Assembly: GCA_951406725.2 (NCBI GenBank)
Contig: OX597823.1
Location: 109,616,001-109,680,000 of the forward strand
Origin: Octopus vulgaris
Lineage: Eukaryota
Length of the DNA stretch: 64,000 bases
Reading direction: 5' to 3'
In this document: positions 41,943 to 55,489 of the stretch, in pieces
Layout: each line of letters starts with the position of its first letter
Position numbering within the stretch: position 1 is the first letter of the stretch
The notes under the pieces: generated by a model
Told to the model about the DNA's origin: nothing
Seen by the model: only the letters and a program-made list of their open reading frames with translations
Database searches by the model: none
Made by a program: the position numbers and the translations under genes

Positions 41943-44224
41943 GTGCGCGCATATATATATGTATATATATGAGGTATTGGAATCGAAGGCATACCTCAAG
42001 CAGCATGGCAAGTCCAAGACTCCACTTCTTTGACACATTTCATTAACAGATGCGACCATGAGTGTGATCGTCAAATCAGCAATGTTTCTGCTTACACCAC
42101 ACATTCTATGCGCCCTAAAAGCAAAGCAAAAAAAATATATAATTTTTATTTACAGAACTGGCGCCATTTGATAGTTCTTGGTGCTCTTGATACCACAGTG
42201 GCATTAACGAATAATTTGCCGTCTGTTTGTTCCTTCCTACCAAATTTTCGTATTACTCTCACTTGAATAAAGGAATCAATTCGGTCAAAATATTCCTGCA
42301 CGTCAAATTTTATCGTGAAAAATCTTACGCCAGATAAGTTCCACTCTCTAATGTTTTAAACCTTTTAAAAGATGGATGAATATCTTCGTATTTTTACATG
42401 AATGTCCTTCTGCCATGGCATTTACATACGCATGTAAATACACATAAGTAAGGACATTATTGTAAGGTTATTAACACTCCTGAGCTTATCTGTCCCACGA
42501 TAGGTTTTGTTTTTCATCCTGTGTGATATCCAAACGAATCGTTTCCGCAGCTAGCATCTGTGATAGGATTGCTGGTTTGCTCAACGACTGCCCAACTTAT
42601 ACACCACTTTTACAAGCGCACAATTCTGCTAGTGGCAGAGTCCTGGTTATCATGTCTATAGCCTTTCACGCATAAAACCACACGCGCACACACGTGCATA
42701 CACATTCACTCATACGCACACACAACACACATACACTCAAACACACACACAGTCACACGCATACACACATACACACACATACTCACGTACTCAAAAGCAT
42801 ACATACCCGCATATATGTATACACAAACCAAATGCAGAATCTTACACACATCCTCATTACTGAAAGAAACTTGCTGTCTCCCTTCTTGTTTCTAAAACAT
42901 GTTGATCCAATATGACAGTTATTCCTATGTAGCTGGCTTCGTACTTTTTTCTGTCTGATTCATTTCTTGATGCAGTCTTATTTATTGCAATGTTATTTAA
43001 TTATATTTTCAAAATCAATTATATTCCAGTCGAGAGTAAATTCACAAAGACAAATTACTACATTATTCATCAGGCATCAAAATCTCATGGAATATGTATG
43101 AGGATGCTTGCCTTTCTCAAGAGTCTCCTGTAATAGAAACACATGGTTGGCATTAAGAAACTTGCAATATGCCAATTTACCTTTACATTTCTCCATAAAA
43201 TAATAATAGCTCCTATGCAATCATTTTCTTTTTCCATAGAACGCAAATATTTAAGATCACTTTAAAGTTTCATAATATACTTCAAATCTCAATAACTATT
43301 AGGCAATACGACACAGCAGTTATGGACTGTTAATTTGTCATACATCTGAGACAGATATATCCGCTTTCGGATATATTTTCAACTTTACAACACTCTCCAT
43401 GTTAGAACTAATAAAATCTTTCAGGTTATTTGAACAGCTAAGACTAGTAGCCATACCGCTATCAAATTACATCCTTCCATCATATTGCTTAGAAATGCAT
43501 TGTGCGATGTAGCACTTGATTTATGGTGTATATAAAAAGTATAGTTGATTGCAGTAAGACCGTCTTAGATTATGAATCAAAGTTCGAAACTACGTTTAAA
43601 AACTACAACTGGAGCAATAACAAAAGCACCAACAATAGCAGAAATAGTAACAGCTTTCTAAATGAAATTAGTTTTGCATTATTGTTCATCCAAAGGATTT
43701 GTCCCCGAGTCTCAGAGAAACCGAAATTTCTCTTCAATAAACAAAGATCCCTGTAGAGGTATGCGAGTGTTGGATCAGCGTGTTAGATTACAGTTAGAAT
43801 GTATATCGCATAGGCAACGGATCTTTAAATTCATACCCGTAGCAATCGTTTTGATCCAGAAATAACTGTAATGTGACGTATATTTTGAAACAAGACAGGC
43901 TTTTAAAATACAAAGCAGTTAATAATTCACTAATGAAACAGTATTATTTCAAAACCAAAAGCATAGAGCAACAGTAGTAGCTGCCAGCCATGTGGAACTG
44001 AAAAACGGTTTACTTTCCAACGTCAAATCTTAAAGATGAGATACGAAATATTTACTCTATGTAAAGAAAGGTCAACGATCGTTCAAATATTTCTTTTATA
44101 GTGAACCTCCAACTGTAGACTGACTGTGTTGAGAACCAAAAGATTGGAAAAAAAACTGTACTGAAATTTAAGCTAAATTGTTACTTCTATTTCAAAAAGA
44201 TAATTACAGTTTGCCAATCTTTTC

Positions 44225-44530
44225 AATAGCACTGTCCTAACTGCACTCTTATATGGAAGAGAGACGAAGGCTGCTACAAAGGTGGAAGAACAACGACTGT
44301 ATGCATTAAAGAGCCATCGAAAGACCCATGTTGGAAATCTAGGATAGAATATCATCAACAAAGTAATTCGAAAACGAAATGGAGTGAATGACTTATTTGT
44401 GGAATGCCGAAAATTCTGTTGGGTTGGACATGTAATAAGGTCCACTGACGACAGGCAGACTTGTGCATTAGTCAAGTGATATCCAAGAAACCCGAAGAAA
44501 TCTCTCGTTAGACGTCTATGATAATTCGAT
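44225..44530 (+). pseudogene. RTE-clade LINE 3' fragment
   Basis: LTALLYGRET...RAIERPML...NKVIRKRNGVND...WVGHVIRSTDDR, the RTE C-terminal LLYGxETW / WAGHVxR signature. Confidence 0.75.
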
Positions 44531-45389
44531 GCGGAAACAGTAGAAACTATAAACTATAAACTATAGCCCAGAGCGACTTAAATTTACAACAATTTTCGCA
44601 TCTGGTTTTTAAAACCAAAGTATGTAACATTTGCAATAATTTTTTGGAATTGGTTGCCTTCAGAGTGTGTTATGCGGAAGCAGCAGAGGTTAGAAAATAT
44701 GATGCAGTTGGTCAGTAGTTTGGAGAGTAATAAATTGGCCATAAAATTATACAGGGAGATAAAATCAAGGCGAAATGCATATATTTGAGGGTAGAAGTGT
44801 AACTTTGTGCAGGTTTAAATGATGTTACATTTCTTAAAGTGTTTTAGGAAGATTTTGGGTACTTGGTTGAGCATTCGACAACGGAACATGGAAAAGTTTG
44901 TAGAAACGGATATAATCTTAATTTTGGATCCAGATTGCTGTGAAAGGTATGCTCTTTTTATTGGCGAAGGATTTTGTGATTTGTCGTCGTTAATACACAG
45001 ACATCTTCCTCTTTGTCAAATAACAGATGAAAACATTTGTCTTATGTTTTTATTGCAGTGAGGTACTGGAATTTCTAAATATTATTTGAGAGTGTAGATT
45101 TTCCTGTAAGATTTTAAAGGTGATTATTTTAAATCTAACACGTCCGAAATCGAATTTCAAGTTAGCAGAGAAGGTTGAATGGTTTGTCGAAGAGATGGGT
45201 TGGATATTTTGGGATAGTGGTATTGACATTAATTGCAGTTTTATTTAAATTATTAGTAATCAGTTGTTATTGTCATGCTGTTCGGTAAAATCTGATTTCA
45301 GATACTCGTAAAGCTGTTGTGTCGCAATATATTTGAGAACGAATTTGGGCGATTAGTGTTGTGTGCTGTAGTGAAATAATTTGTGAGTG

Positions 45390-45439
<50 letters not shown>

Positions 45440-46084
45440 GGGGTTGAGTTACTTACGAGTGATTGAGTAGGGGTGATAGGCTGTTTCACTTTAATATACT
45501 GGGAAAAGAACACCTAAACCAGTAACGCAAATTTCACACTTTAAACTCAACATATGTACATAGGCCTTTTACAAGTTACGATGTCTATCACATTTTCATC
45601 TCTCGCTAACATCACTCCACCAGGCAGGTTCATTTTTCAGCCGAAATATTAGCATTATTTAATGTTTTACACTAAAAGTGTAGCCTTTGTTCATACCGAT
45701 TTTCAATCAATTACCACTTCATTTATATTTTAATATTCTGTTTACCATTTTCCACACATTACTCTGTGTATTATAATGTACTACTTACCGATATTTACCG
45801 ATGCATAATATTTACTAGATTATATATTTAAATCACTTCTGTGACCTTGTAAGACCGTTCACATGCTGTTCATACAGACATGGAGACTGGTCTCTATGTT
45901 ACTTTGTTGCCTCTGCACGAAGCTTCCATGTTATTTTGGCCAATGTAATGGCTGATTTACTAAAACTGGTAAATTGTTCATGAATAGACCGTTTTTTTTT
46001 TTTATTATAGGATAACTCGACTGCCATCCATTTGGTATGAAATAGATATGAAAGCAGACCGCTATCTATAAATATTTTTTAATT

Positions 46085-46468
46085 ATTTTACTTGTTTCTG
46101 TCATTTTACTGCAGCCATGCTGGAGTATCGCCTTAAAGGGTTTTCGTCGAATAAATTTAACTCATTCTATCGGTCTCTTCTTCCAAACCACTAAGTTACA
46201 GGGACGTAAATACCAACACTGGTTGTCAAGCGCTGCTGGGTGGGGGGCTGCTTCAAACACAGGTCCACACACACACATACACACACACACACACTCACAC
46301 ATATATACATACATTGACAACAGGTGTTGGTGTTTACGTGCCCGTAACTTAGCGGTTTGAAAAAAGATAACGATAGAATGAGTACTAGGTAGAATGAATA
46401 CTAGATAGGATGAGTACTATATATATATGTGTGTTGTGTGTGTGTGTGTGTATGTGTGTGTGAGTGTG

Positions 46469-46543
<75 letters not shown>

Positions 46544-46792
46544 AAGGTATAAGAGAACTTTCCACGGTGGTACTCCACTATGATTGCAGCCGCATGGCTG
46601 AAACGAGTAAAAGAGTAATATATATATACTGTGGGATTCTTTCAGTTTCCGTCTACCAAATCCACACATAAGGCTTTAGTTAGCCCGGAGCAATAGTAGA
46701 AGACACTTGCTCAAGTTGCCACGCAGTGGGAATGAACCCAGGACCATGTAGTCGGGAAGCAAGCTACTTAACACAGAGCCACACATTCGCCT
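46085..46792. mobile_element. Rearranged CORE-like SINE pieces: - 3' part 46085-46300, + pieces 46315-46390 and 46560-46618, - head 46630-46792
   Basis: All pieces match the 29556/30590 family; inverted pieces lie inside the internal microsatellite of the minus copy. Confidence 0.75.
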
Positions 46793-47437
46793 ATGTAGAC
46801 ACACAAACATATACATATGTAAACTTATTTTACAATGAAGGACATTCTACGTGGCTTTTGCATCTATAAGAAATGAAAACGAGCTTAACCTCAATTAATA
46901 CCCAACTCTTCTTTAAACAAGGAAAGACACTCTGGGCAACGTAGAAAGGGCTACATGAAATGACGAGGTGGCCACGGCTGGAGATTCTTGACTGTAGGAA
47001 TGATGAACGAGAAAGACTTAGAACGAGCCACAAAAAAGCAACAAAACACGCACACCCATTTTAAATGATTTTAGAAATAATTTAATACAAAATAAATGGA
47101 ACATTCGAAGTACATCATTGCAATGGAATTGTAGCTTCTCGTCTGTAGACACACACACAGACACAGGCATTTTACACACACTCACACATAACGATGCATA
47201 CGCATAACAACACTTGTATATATGTAAGTATAGGAGGATTCCACATACGTTAAATGAGCTATATTAAGTCCTTCAATTGAAGTGAATTTTGATAGAAATT
47301 CTCTTGAGTAATCTACTTGAAACTGTGCATATATTGATTTTAATGTAATACTTAATTACACATACCTAATTCATACACAAAAATAAGTGTATATATATAT
47401 ATATATATACATACATGCATACATATACATGCATACA

Positions 47438-47473
<36 letters not shown>

Positions 47474-47498
47474 TGCATACATATACATGCATACATGC

Positions 47499-47531
<33 letters not shown>

Positions 47532-48754
47532 CACATATATGTGCGCAGTGAGATGAAGAGGCTGGGTGAATGAGAGATATATAGCCAATGAAAAGCATAC
47601 TATCGGAAAAAACAAATGGTTATTTGTGCAAGAGTGCATATCAATGCAAATAATTCTCTCTTTGTTCTTCTGTATTTTTGTATTTCTGCATTTAACATTA
47701 TTTCTATGTAAAATTGAATATTTTATAAAAATATATATAAAAAAAAAAGAATGACATGAAAACAAATATTTGAATGAAAAATGGTGATGCTGCCAATTGC
47801 GGCAGAAAACATGCAAGAATATCTATCTGGTTACCATTATATCGCGTCTGGAATTAACCAGGCGGACTTTATAATAATACAACGATAATTGATTTAACGA
47901 AAAAAAAAATGTGAAAAAGCCCCAAAATTTTAAAGACAATATGCAACTAAATTTAAAAAATCAAAACAAAACCCATAAGCAGAAATGAATATAAAATCGA
48001 AGAAAAATAAAGAAACCAAATGATTTAAGAAAGCGGAAAATTCACCCCACTCCCATGCAAAAATGATATTATAAAAGAACTATAAAATATTGTTGAATTT
48101 CTTTTCGACCACCATCGACGCCATTTTAACAAATATGACAAAAGTAAAAAGAAAAAAAATCAGAAATTAAATTAAATAGTGCAAACAAATCCAAGTAGGT
48201 TTTCATGTAATGTGATTCTTGATGTGGTAAGAATTACCTGCAGCCGTTTAAAATAAATAAATTTGACCAAAAAAATAGAGGAGAGGGTAAAGAGTAAAAT
48301 TTGAATAAAAAAATATATATCTATACACGTATATATATATACACAAATATATATATGTATGTATATATATACATATACACGAGTATATATATGCATATAT
48401 ATATGTATATATATATATATGAGTATATGTGTGTGTATGTGTGTGTGTATGAGCATTTGTGTATATACGGGAGTATGTGTCTATGTATTCACGTATACGT
48501 TTGCGTATTTGTGACTGTGTGGAACGTACAAGCATATCTTCCGTGTGTCCAGAACCGTGTAATTTATAATTTTGCCAATAGAAAAATATAACGTTTAGAT
48601 GTTTTAAATTTTATATTCTTTAATCGTTACATTTTCTTTCCTCATATGCACTCATCTATACCCATATCGACATATACACACGCAATACACAAGACACGCA
48701 TATATATATATATACACTCACACACACATATATATATATACACATACACACATA

Positions 48755-48806
<52 letters not shown>

Positions 48807-50623
48807 CACATATATATATAGATAGATATACATATATATATGAATATATACATATATAAATGCATGTATATATATGTGTGTATGCGTGTGTACATATATA
48901 TATATATATATACAAGCGAGTAAAGAGACAGACGCATACATGATAGCTTCTAAACAATCTGTCTATACATACACATTTACGTGGATGCAGAAATTTTTTT
49001 ATTTATATTTTTTAAACTTCATCTGCTTATTAAATTACATTAAGTTTCCCCATCCGCCATCTTCTGCTTTCTTTCTCCCCATCTCTTTTGTCCAACATCC
49101 TCTTCCTTCGTGTTCTTGTGCGGTTGGATGGAGGCAGGTTGGTTGAGAAACGGATTGATGTGAGGGAGGTGACGAGGCTGGGTGGATGAGTTGATGAGTT
49201 GAGGTTGTAATAAATCAATTTATCGGTGAAGAGCGTCAAACGCTTCTACATCTTTCTCTCCCTCTTTTTCCTTCTAATCCTGTATTATCTCCCTACTTCC
49301 CTCACTCCACTCAATTATTTTCTTGTCGTTTTCTTTCTTTATTCAACCCATCCTTTCTTCTACCTTATTTCTTCTTTTTCGCTTTATCTTGTTTCCACTT
49401 TTCTTCTCTAACATGTGAATATGTGTGCATGTCAGTGTGTGTATATACGTCTATATTTTCTATGTATGTGTGGCTATATGTCTGCATCTGTGTATGGAGT
49501 AGATTTGTCCTCTGCCAGTCAGTTTGAATTTTATTCTATTTTATTTTTATAAGAAAACAATAAAAATACGAATCAGTGAAGGCGGGAAACGGTGATAAAA
49601 TTATAACAAAGTAATAAAAGCAACAATAAATAGAAGTTCAAAAAATATTTTAAAAATCTAATACAAAACACTAAAAACAACAAAGATAATGAAGACGACG
49701 ATAATGTCGGTGACGACAGCAACGATTTAACAAATGAGTGAAGAACCCTCGCCTGGAGAATGTCTAAATAAACAAGTTGCATCAACAGGAATGGTAAATG
49801 AGGAAGAAAAAGAACATTAATTTTTTCTGAAAAAATAATACAAAGTATAAAATTTCAAAAATATAGAAAGGTAAAAAATAAAGAACAAATATTCAAAAGC
49901 TAATAAAATAAAAGAAAGGAATGAAATAAAAGGAAGCTGAAATAAAAAAAGAGTTACAATAAAAAAAAAATATTCCGAAGACAGTCTAAACAAATAATTA
50001 TAATGTAGGAGAAAAATATAAAATAAGAAGTAAGATATAAAAGAAAGAAAATGAGATAGAATATAATCACGAAAAAAGAAAACAAATGCTGAAGGAATAC
50101 AATAAAAATTTAAGTAGAATATAGAAACAAAAATTACAAACAAAAATGCAGGCGATATGGCGAATTGCCTGAAAAACAAAATGGCCGACTTTACGCCTAA
50201 AAGGCAAACTTCAATAAAGAATAGCTGTGATTTAGCCATTAAAATGAAGCCGGGATTAATTGCAGAAACAAAAGACGTCCTTATTCCTAGACGAGAATTT
50301 AATTGGATGAATTATGAAACAAAGATAACAAAAATATATTTTAAAAAATAAGAAACGCAAATAATATAATCAAAGAAAATAATAAAGAAAGAAATATGAT
50401 GAGACTTATTAGGAATTTTTCTGATAAATTTTTAGATAATGATTTCTTTTTGTTATTTGTCATTTGTAAGTACATTTGTTGTCTTATTTATTATGTGCGG
50501 AATTTTGTAATCCATAGTAAATTTAATATAATTCTATCGCTGCCGAATTTTCCAGTACGTGTAGTTTTCAGCGTATGCATAATTTGTGCTTGCGTGCGTG
50601 TGTGCCTTTGTGTGTACACGTCA

Positions 50624-50657
<34 letters not shown>

Positions 50658-51484
50658 TGCATACATAGACACACGTACACATGCAAACTAACACACATTC
50701 ACGCAAAGAAAATGCGTATGTATGCATGTGTATGTACATGAATATGTATATAAGTATGTATATATATACATATATGTATACACAAACACACACAATTATA
50801 TTTATATTCGAAAAGAGAGGGGCAGAGTGTCACCAAACCACATATAGACATACGCAATGTAAAATCACTCAAGAAACTAGCTCCCCGAATATATGAGTAT
50901 ACATATTTCTTTTGACCTCAGTATTTTAAATTTACAGAGAAATGTGATTGCTGTCAGACAAATGCACTAAATCCCGTTTAATCAGATCTGTATTTGAAAC
51001 ATTGTGTAAGCGGAAAGATAAATGTAAATCATTTAGTCCCTTGCTCTGCCTTCTGTCACTTATTTCCTTTGAAAGAACAGATGACAGCGAAGTTTTGATC
51101 CCTTAATTAGCGAGCCATGTACCGCGATAACCAATTATTTTTCATGACGCAACTTTCTTCCCTCGCACCATCTTTGATGTGTTCCACACCTCAAACCCTT
51201 TTCTATTTAATGCGTTTGATTTTTTCATCCCCAAAACGGATCCCTTTTCAGATCAGTCTCATTTCCTAATACATCTCTAATAACCTTCACGGGTCCAAAA
51301 CGAAAAACAATTACGTGAATATCATCAGTATGGTAGGGTGGCACCGTTACTGTATACGTTTTATTCCGATGAGACAAGGCAATACTTGTAGAGGTTTAGA
51401 CTGAAGTAGACAAAAACCTACGGGCATTACACAAATTCCTTCGATTCTTAGATTAAATCTGTTATTAGTTAGATCATCGACCAG

Positions 51485-51660
51485 CGAGGTTGATTAGCGG
51501 AGTTGATAAAACGGCAGACAAAATGCATCACAGTGTATATTGCGAATCATTAGCTTTTAATTTCATATTCTATTGAGGTCGACTTTGCTTTTCAATTCAC
51601 CGGGGTCGATTTAATAAATAATCATTCATTTACTGCAATGGATTTCAGTGAATAACGTGT
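51485..51660 (+). mobile_element. Degenerate Nin/Deu-domain-type SINE
   Basis: gaggtcgactttgcttttcaattcaccggggtcgatttaataaa. Confidence 0.6.
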
Positions 51661-53509
51661 TTCCTCATGTCTCGGGCGTTTCACCCATATTACCAAAAAA
51701 TATTCATACCAGACACCAATACATCAAAACGCACTAAATAACCTCAGACGTTTAGGAAGCACTTTATAAATACACGGTCAATTCACTGTTTACAATATTG
51801 AGCTAATCCTACATATGGTACCGGATTACATGCGGCTTCATGGTGTTTTTGATAAATGCTTTGAGGTTAGGAGTCACTCCAAACTTGGTATATATTATAT
51901 TATATGGGGTTACGCTTTGTTCCTTACTTCAAATACGAATGATAATTATGATGCTATGATGTTTTAAATGTCATTGCAGACACACAGATGGTGGGTTCGT
52001 GCTAGAACCCTGAACACTGATGTTCAAAACATGTATCTACGTCTGTGTTTTCCTATGTATACTTCAATCATTATACATGGTGAATAGCGATTGAAAGGAT
52101 ATTTGGCAGTTCCTCTATGGCGCAATGGATCGTCATTGTACTTATGGCAGAAACAGAGATGAATACTATGGAAGGAGATATTTCTTAGTAATTGGGGCAG
52201 CGGCAGAGGGGGGCTGTGTGACCATAATGGCGGCGATGGTATTAGACACGATTTTAGGGTTCGAGAAGAATTGGAGAGTAATATTAACTTCAATGATGTC
52301 GAGAGCTGAGATGATGGTAGTGCTAGGACTGTTGCGTGTTGGTATGAAGATGCTTGCTTTTAATATTGTTGAAGAAATGAAAAGTATACATGAATGAGCT
52401 TGAGTAATGGAATAAGATAAAGGCAGAGAAAAGAGAGATAAAGATTGAGAGTCAAATGGAATGAAATACAACAAACAGAATATTGCTCGTCAACTGGGAA
52501 TATGTTGGATGAAAACATGGAAACATGCGAAACGAAGACAACAGTAAGAAACAAGGTTAGAGGCAGGGAAAAAAGAAGAAGGGTTGTATAAGAAAATAGG
52601 AGAAGTGGAGAGAAACAAAGAAAGGAAATGCTATATATGAGCAGTTTTTCTTTTTACCTGTCGTTAATAAAATGTTGAGGTGTATACCAAAATTACTTCT
52701 ACTTCATTGCCGGCCATTTCTTTTAGTGATGAATTCAAAAAATGATAACGGCTTTTAGATGAGATTTTAAGCAGATTAATCTCTATATTTCTACTACATT
52801 CGCACTCCTTTTCACTTACGACATATTTGCATGGTTAAACTGATGGTTTTTCAGTAACTTTCGAGTTAGTGACGTTTATATATATGCTACTATAAACATA
52901 TATACACCTGTATTCAGGTGCTTGTGAATGAATATATATTGTTAGCGAAGGAAGTAGAATTACTCTAGGATTAGCGATCTTTATACATTCTTAGCGTATT
53001 CTATTGAAAAGCATCTAAGCTGCAGTATTCGTCTCGAGAAAATATCCCTATTAGAGGTAGAGTGTTAGAACATAAAAATACCAGCACTAAGCAAAGATTG
53101 GCCGGTATTTGCGGTGAAATTGTTGTGTCCGGATTTCTGCTACTTTTGGCTTCATCAGCTTCAGATATTCATGACATCTCAGGTGAATTGAACACTAGAT
53201 CAAAGGTCACTGATATATTCACGAAGACTGGATTAATAAAAGAACACAAAATGTTTAGCCTGTGTATATGAATGTTAACACTCAGGTGTTGGAAGTTGTG
53301 CATACATTGATTGATTGATGCGATATATGTACTATTTATGTGACCAATGTTCAGTGTGTGAAAATGTAATGCATGCATAAATCCTTGTCACAATGGCTCG
53401 TAACTTCTTAACACAAGAAATGAGGGTGAAACCGTGAGAGAGATGAATCCAAGAGGAGACAAGGAGACAATTCGGACTAATGCTTGCTTAGAATCAGCAG
53501 CATCTGTAA

Positions 53510-54639
53510 TCGAATCAATGAAAATACCACTGCTCACATACAGTGATATGTTGAAGGAAACCAACTGGATCTACCCGAAACATTGTCAGTAATGGAATCT
53601 ACCTGGTTCCCGATTGATTAGGTGACAAACGACGTGGCACCCACTGAGATAGATACCTTCGCCATGCCAAGTTCAATGTGCAGAATATTCTCAACTATCT
53701 CAATGGATATGCTAATAAAACTGGCTATTTAATTTATAGTCAATCATATGTTATTCATCACCACGAGGTGAACGCGATCTATATTTTCCTCGGTGGTAAC
53801 AGTTTCAGGACACCCAGATCATGGGACATCTTCATGATTCTCCCTTCCCCTCCTGAATTCAGGTATCCACTTTTGTGCTGTCGATGAAAATAGAGTTTCA
53901 TCCACTAATGTAACAAATACTTCAGCATGAATGTCCTTGTGTGCTAAACACTTTTTCTGCAGATACTTCATAACACCATTTACCGTAACTCCTCGAGTAT
54001 AGTCCGTCCTTGAGTATAATACGCAGGGGATTTTTAGGGGACTGAGCCTCTGAAAAACCTAAACCTTGTGTATAATACGCACCCCTTCCCTAACTTGAGT
54101 CAAGTAGGTGTATATAACACAATGCAAACGTGTTGCTTTTTTGTGCATTTTGTTAGCAGAAAATAAAGAAATAACACTAATAACAGTATTAACGTTTAAT
54201 AAATGTTGCTTACTGCAAGTTATGAATGATTCTTGTATGACTTTATTGCTTTCAGGCTTAGCTTAAGGTATTTTCACGCCCGACATCACAAAATGCGTCT
54301 GAATAAAAATTACGGGACAGCAAATAGCGACTCGGACATTGCTTAGAAAATATTTTTCATTTCTAACTTCGTATATAGTACGCACTAGAGCTTGTGATCG
54401 TTAGATTTTGGGGAAAAATGTGGATTATACTCGAGGATTTACGGTAATCTAAATTTGTCCATTTTCAAGAGAATTCGTAACCAGTTACTTTTGAAATTCT
54501 CTTTGAAGAGTCAGATATAAGTTTACTTGGAAAGAAAGAAAGCCATTATTAATAAGAGTTGAGATTAATACATGCAAGATTTCACAGCTCTAGAATCATT
54601 CTTTCCTAAACAGCCTTGTGAATTTTCAACCCAATCTCG
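53510..54639 (-). mobile_element. mariner transposon 5' relic (TIR, ATG at 54462, transposase N-terminus), split by a MITE
   Basis: MDKFRL|NGVMKYLQKKCLAHKDIHAE...QKWIPEFRRGRENHEDVP*SGCPETVTTEENIDRVH...ENILHIELGMAKVS..WVPRRL; mariner HTH and WVPxxL motifs; TIR ends at TA 54640-54641. Confidence 0.88.
53983..54444. mobile_element. pogo/Tc2-like MITE (462 bp) with TA TSD
   Basis: TIR ccgtaactcctcgagtatagtcc vs ccgtaaatcctcgagtataatcc (2 mismatches in 23); TA at 53981-53982 and 54445-54446; internal gtataatacgca repeats. Confidence 0.9.
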
Positions 54640-54780
54640 TAGATTCATATATGGGTGGATGGTTAAGAACCTCGTATTACAACCACGTGGTTTCAAGTTC
54701 AGTCCCATTGTACCGTATCGGGTCAAGCAATGTATTCTGAAATCTAAATTGGGAAGACAGGAATTCTATGGAAGTTACTC

Positions 54781-54819
<39 letters not shown>

Positions 54820-54822
<3 letters not shown>

Positions 54823-54950
54823 CGGGAAAGTTTACGAAAATAAACAGAACACGAAGGCAGGTGGAGTACAAACAAGCAAATGTATTAGTATGGCGCTCAT
54901 GAATAGAAATAGAACAGGTCTTTTACGTTTCGTGCCTACGCTCTTCGACA
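54820..54950. mobile_element. Short (TA)n-embedded repeat, second copy at 56262-56383, with hammerhead-like motif on the minus strand
   Basis: aacgggaaagttta.gaaaataaaca..aaggcaggtggagtacaaa..gtattagtatggcgctca.gaatagaaatagaaca.gtcttttacgtttcg in both copies; minus strand tgtcgaa gagc gtag gc(a/t)c GAAA cg ta. Confidence 0.7.
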
Positions 54951-54975
54951 TATATATGTATATATATATATATGT

Positions 54976-55366
54976 ATATTGTTATATTTCGGAATGGTCA
55001 TATTGCCAGTTTAGCCAATAAAAACACACGCACTATATATTTGGTGTTATTTTGCTTCAGTGCTATTTATTTTTTACATTAATCTTAATCTTATTTCGGC
55101 AATAGAGATATAAGCATGCGCAAATGAAAACATACAATAGAAATACAAAATGGCTGACGGTTAGTAAGGAGAGACACACATAAGAAAGAAGAAAACAAAG
55201 GACCACTGATGCGGTCACAGGAGTGTGACGAAAGAACTCTGGCCGAAATAAGATTAAGATTAATGTAAAAAATAAATAACACTGAAGCAAAATAACACCA
55301 AATATATAGTGCGTGTGTTTTTATTGGCTAAACTGGCAATATGACCATTCCGAAATATAACAATAT
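54976..55366 (+). mobile_element. Young fold-back cassette: 125-bp inverted arms around a 141-nt spacer carrying a hammerhead motif
   Basis: 54976-55100 vs 55242-55366 are reverse complements with one mismatch; lies in a (TA)n context. Confidence 0.85.
55201..55244 (+). ncRNA. Minimal type-I hammerhead-like ribozyme (variant core)
   Basis: Stem I cca/tgg (gacca/tggcc); core CTGATGCG; stem II gtcaca-ggag-tgtgac; GAAA 55230-55233; stem III AGAACT (one change from palindrome AGATCT); CUC triplet ending at 55239. Confidence 0.55.
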
Positions 55367-55425
55367 CTGTTTCAACACACGACTTCACATAAAAAATCTT
55401 GCATAACAAATATTTAAACGTACTA

Positions 55426-55489
<64 letters not shown>

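Noticed and set aside
41970-41998. let-7-like tgaggta hairpin
   Set aside because: Seed differs (GAGGTAT vs GAGGTAG) and the stem is far too short.
43834-43858. miR-100/miR-10-like tacccgtag
   Set aside because: Only the seed-like start matches; no canonical pre-miRNA hairpin, so no evidence for a Hox-cluster miRNA.
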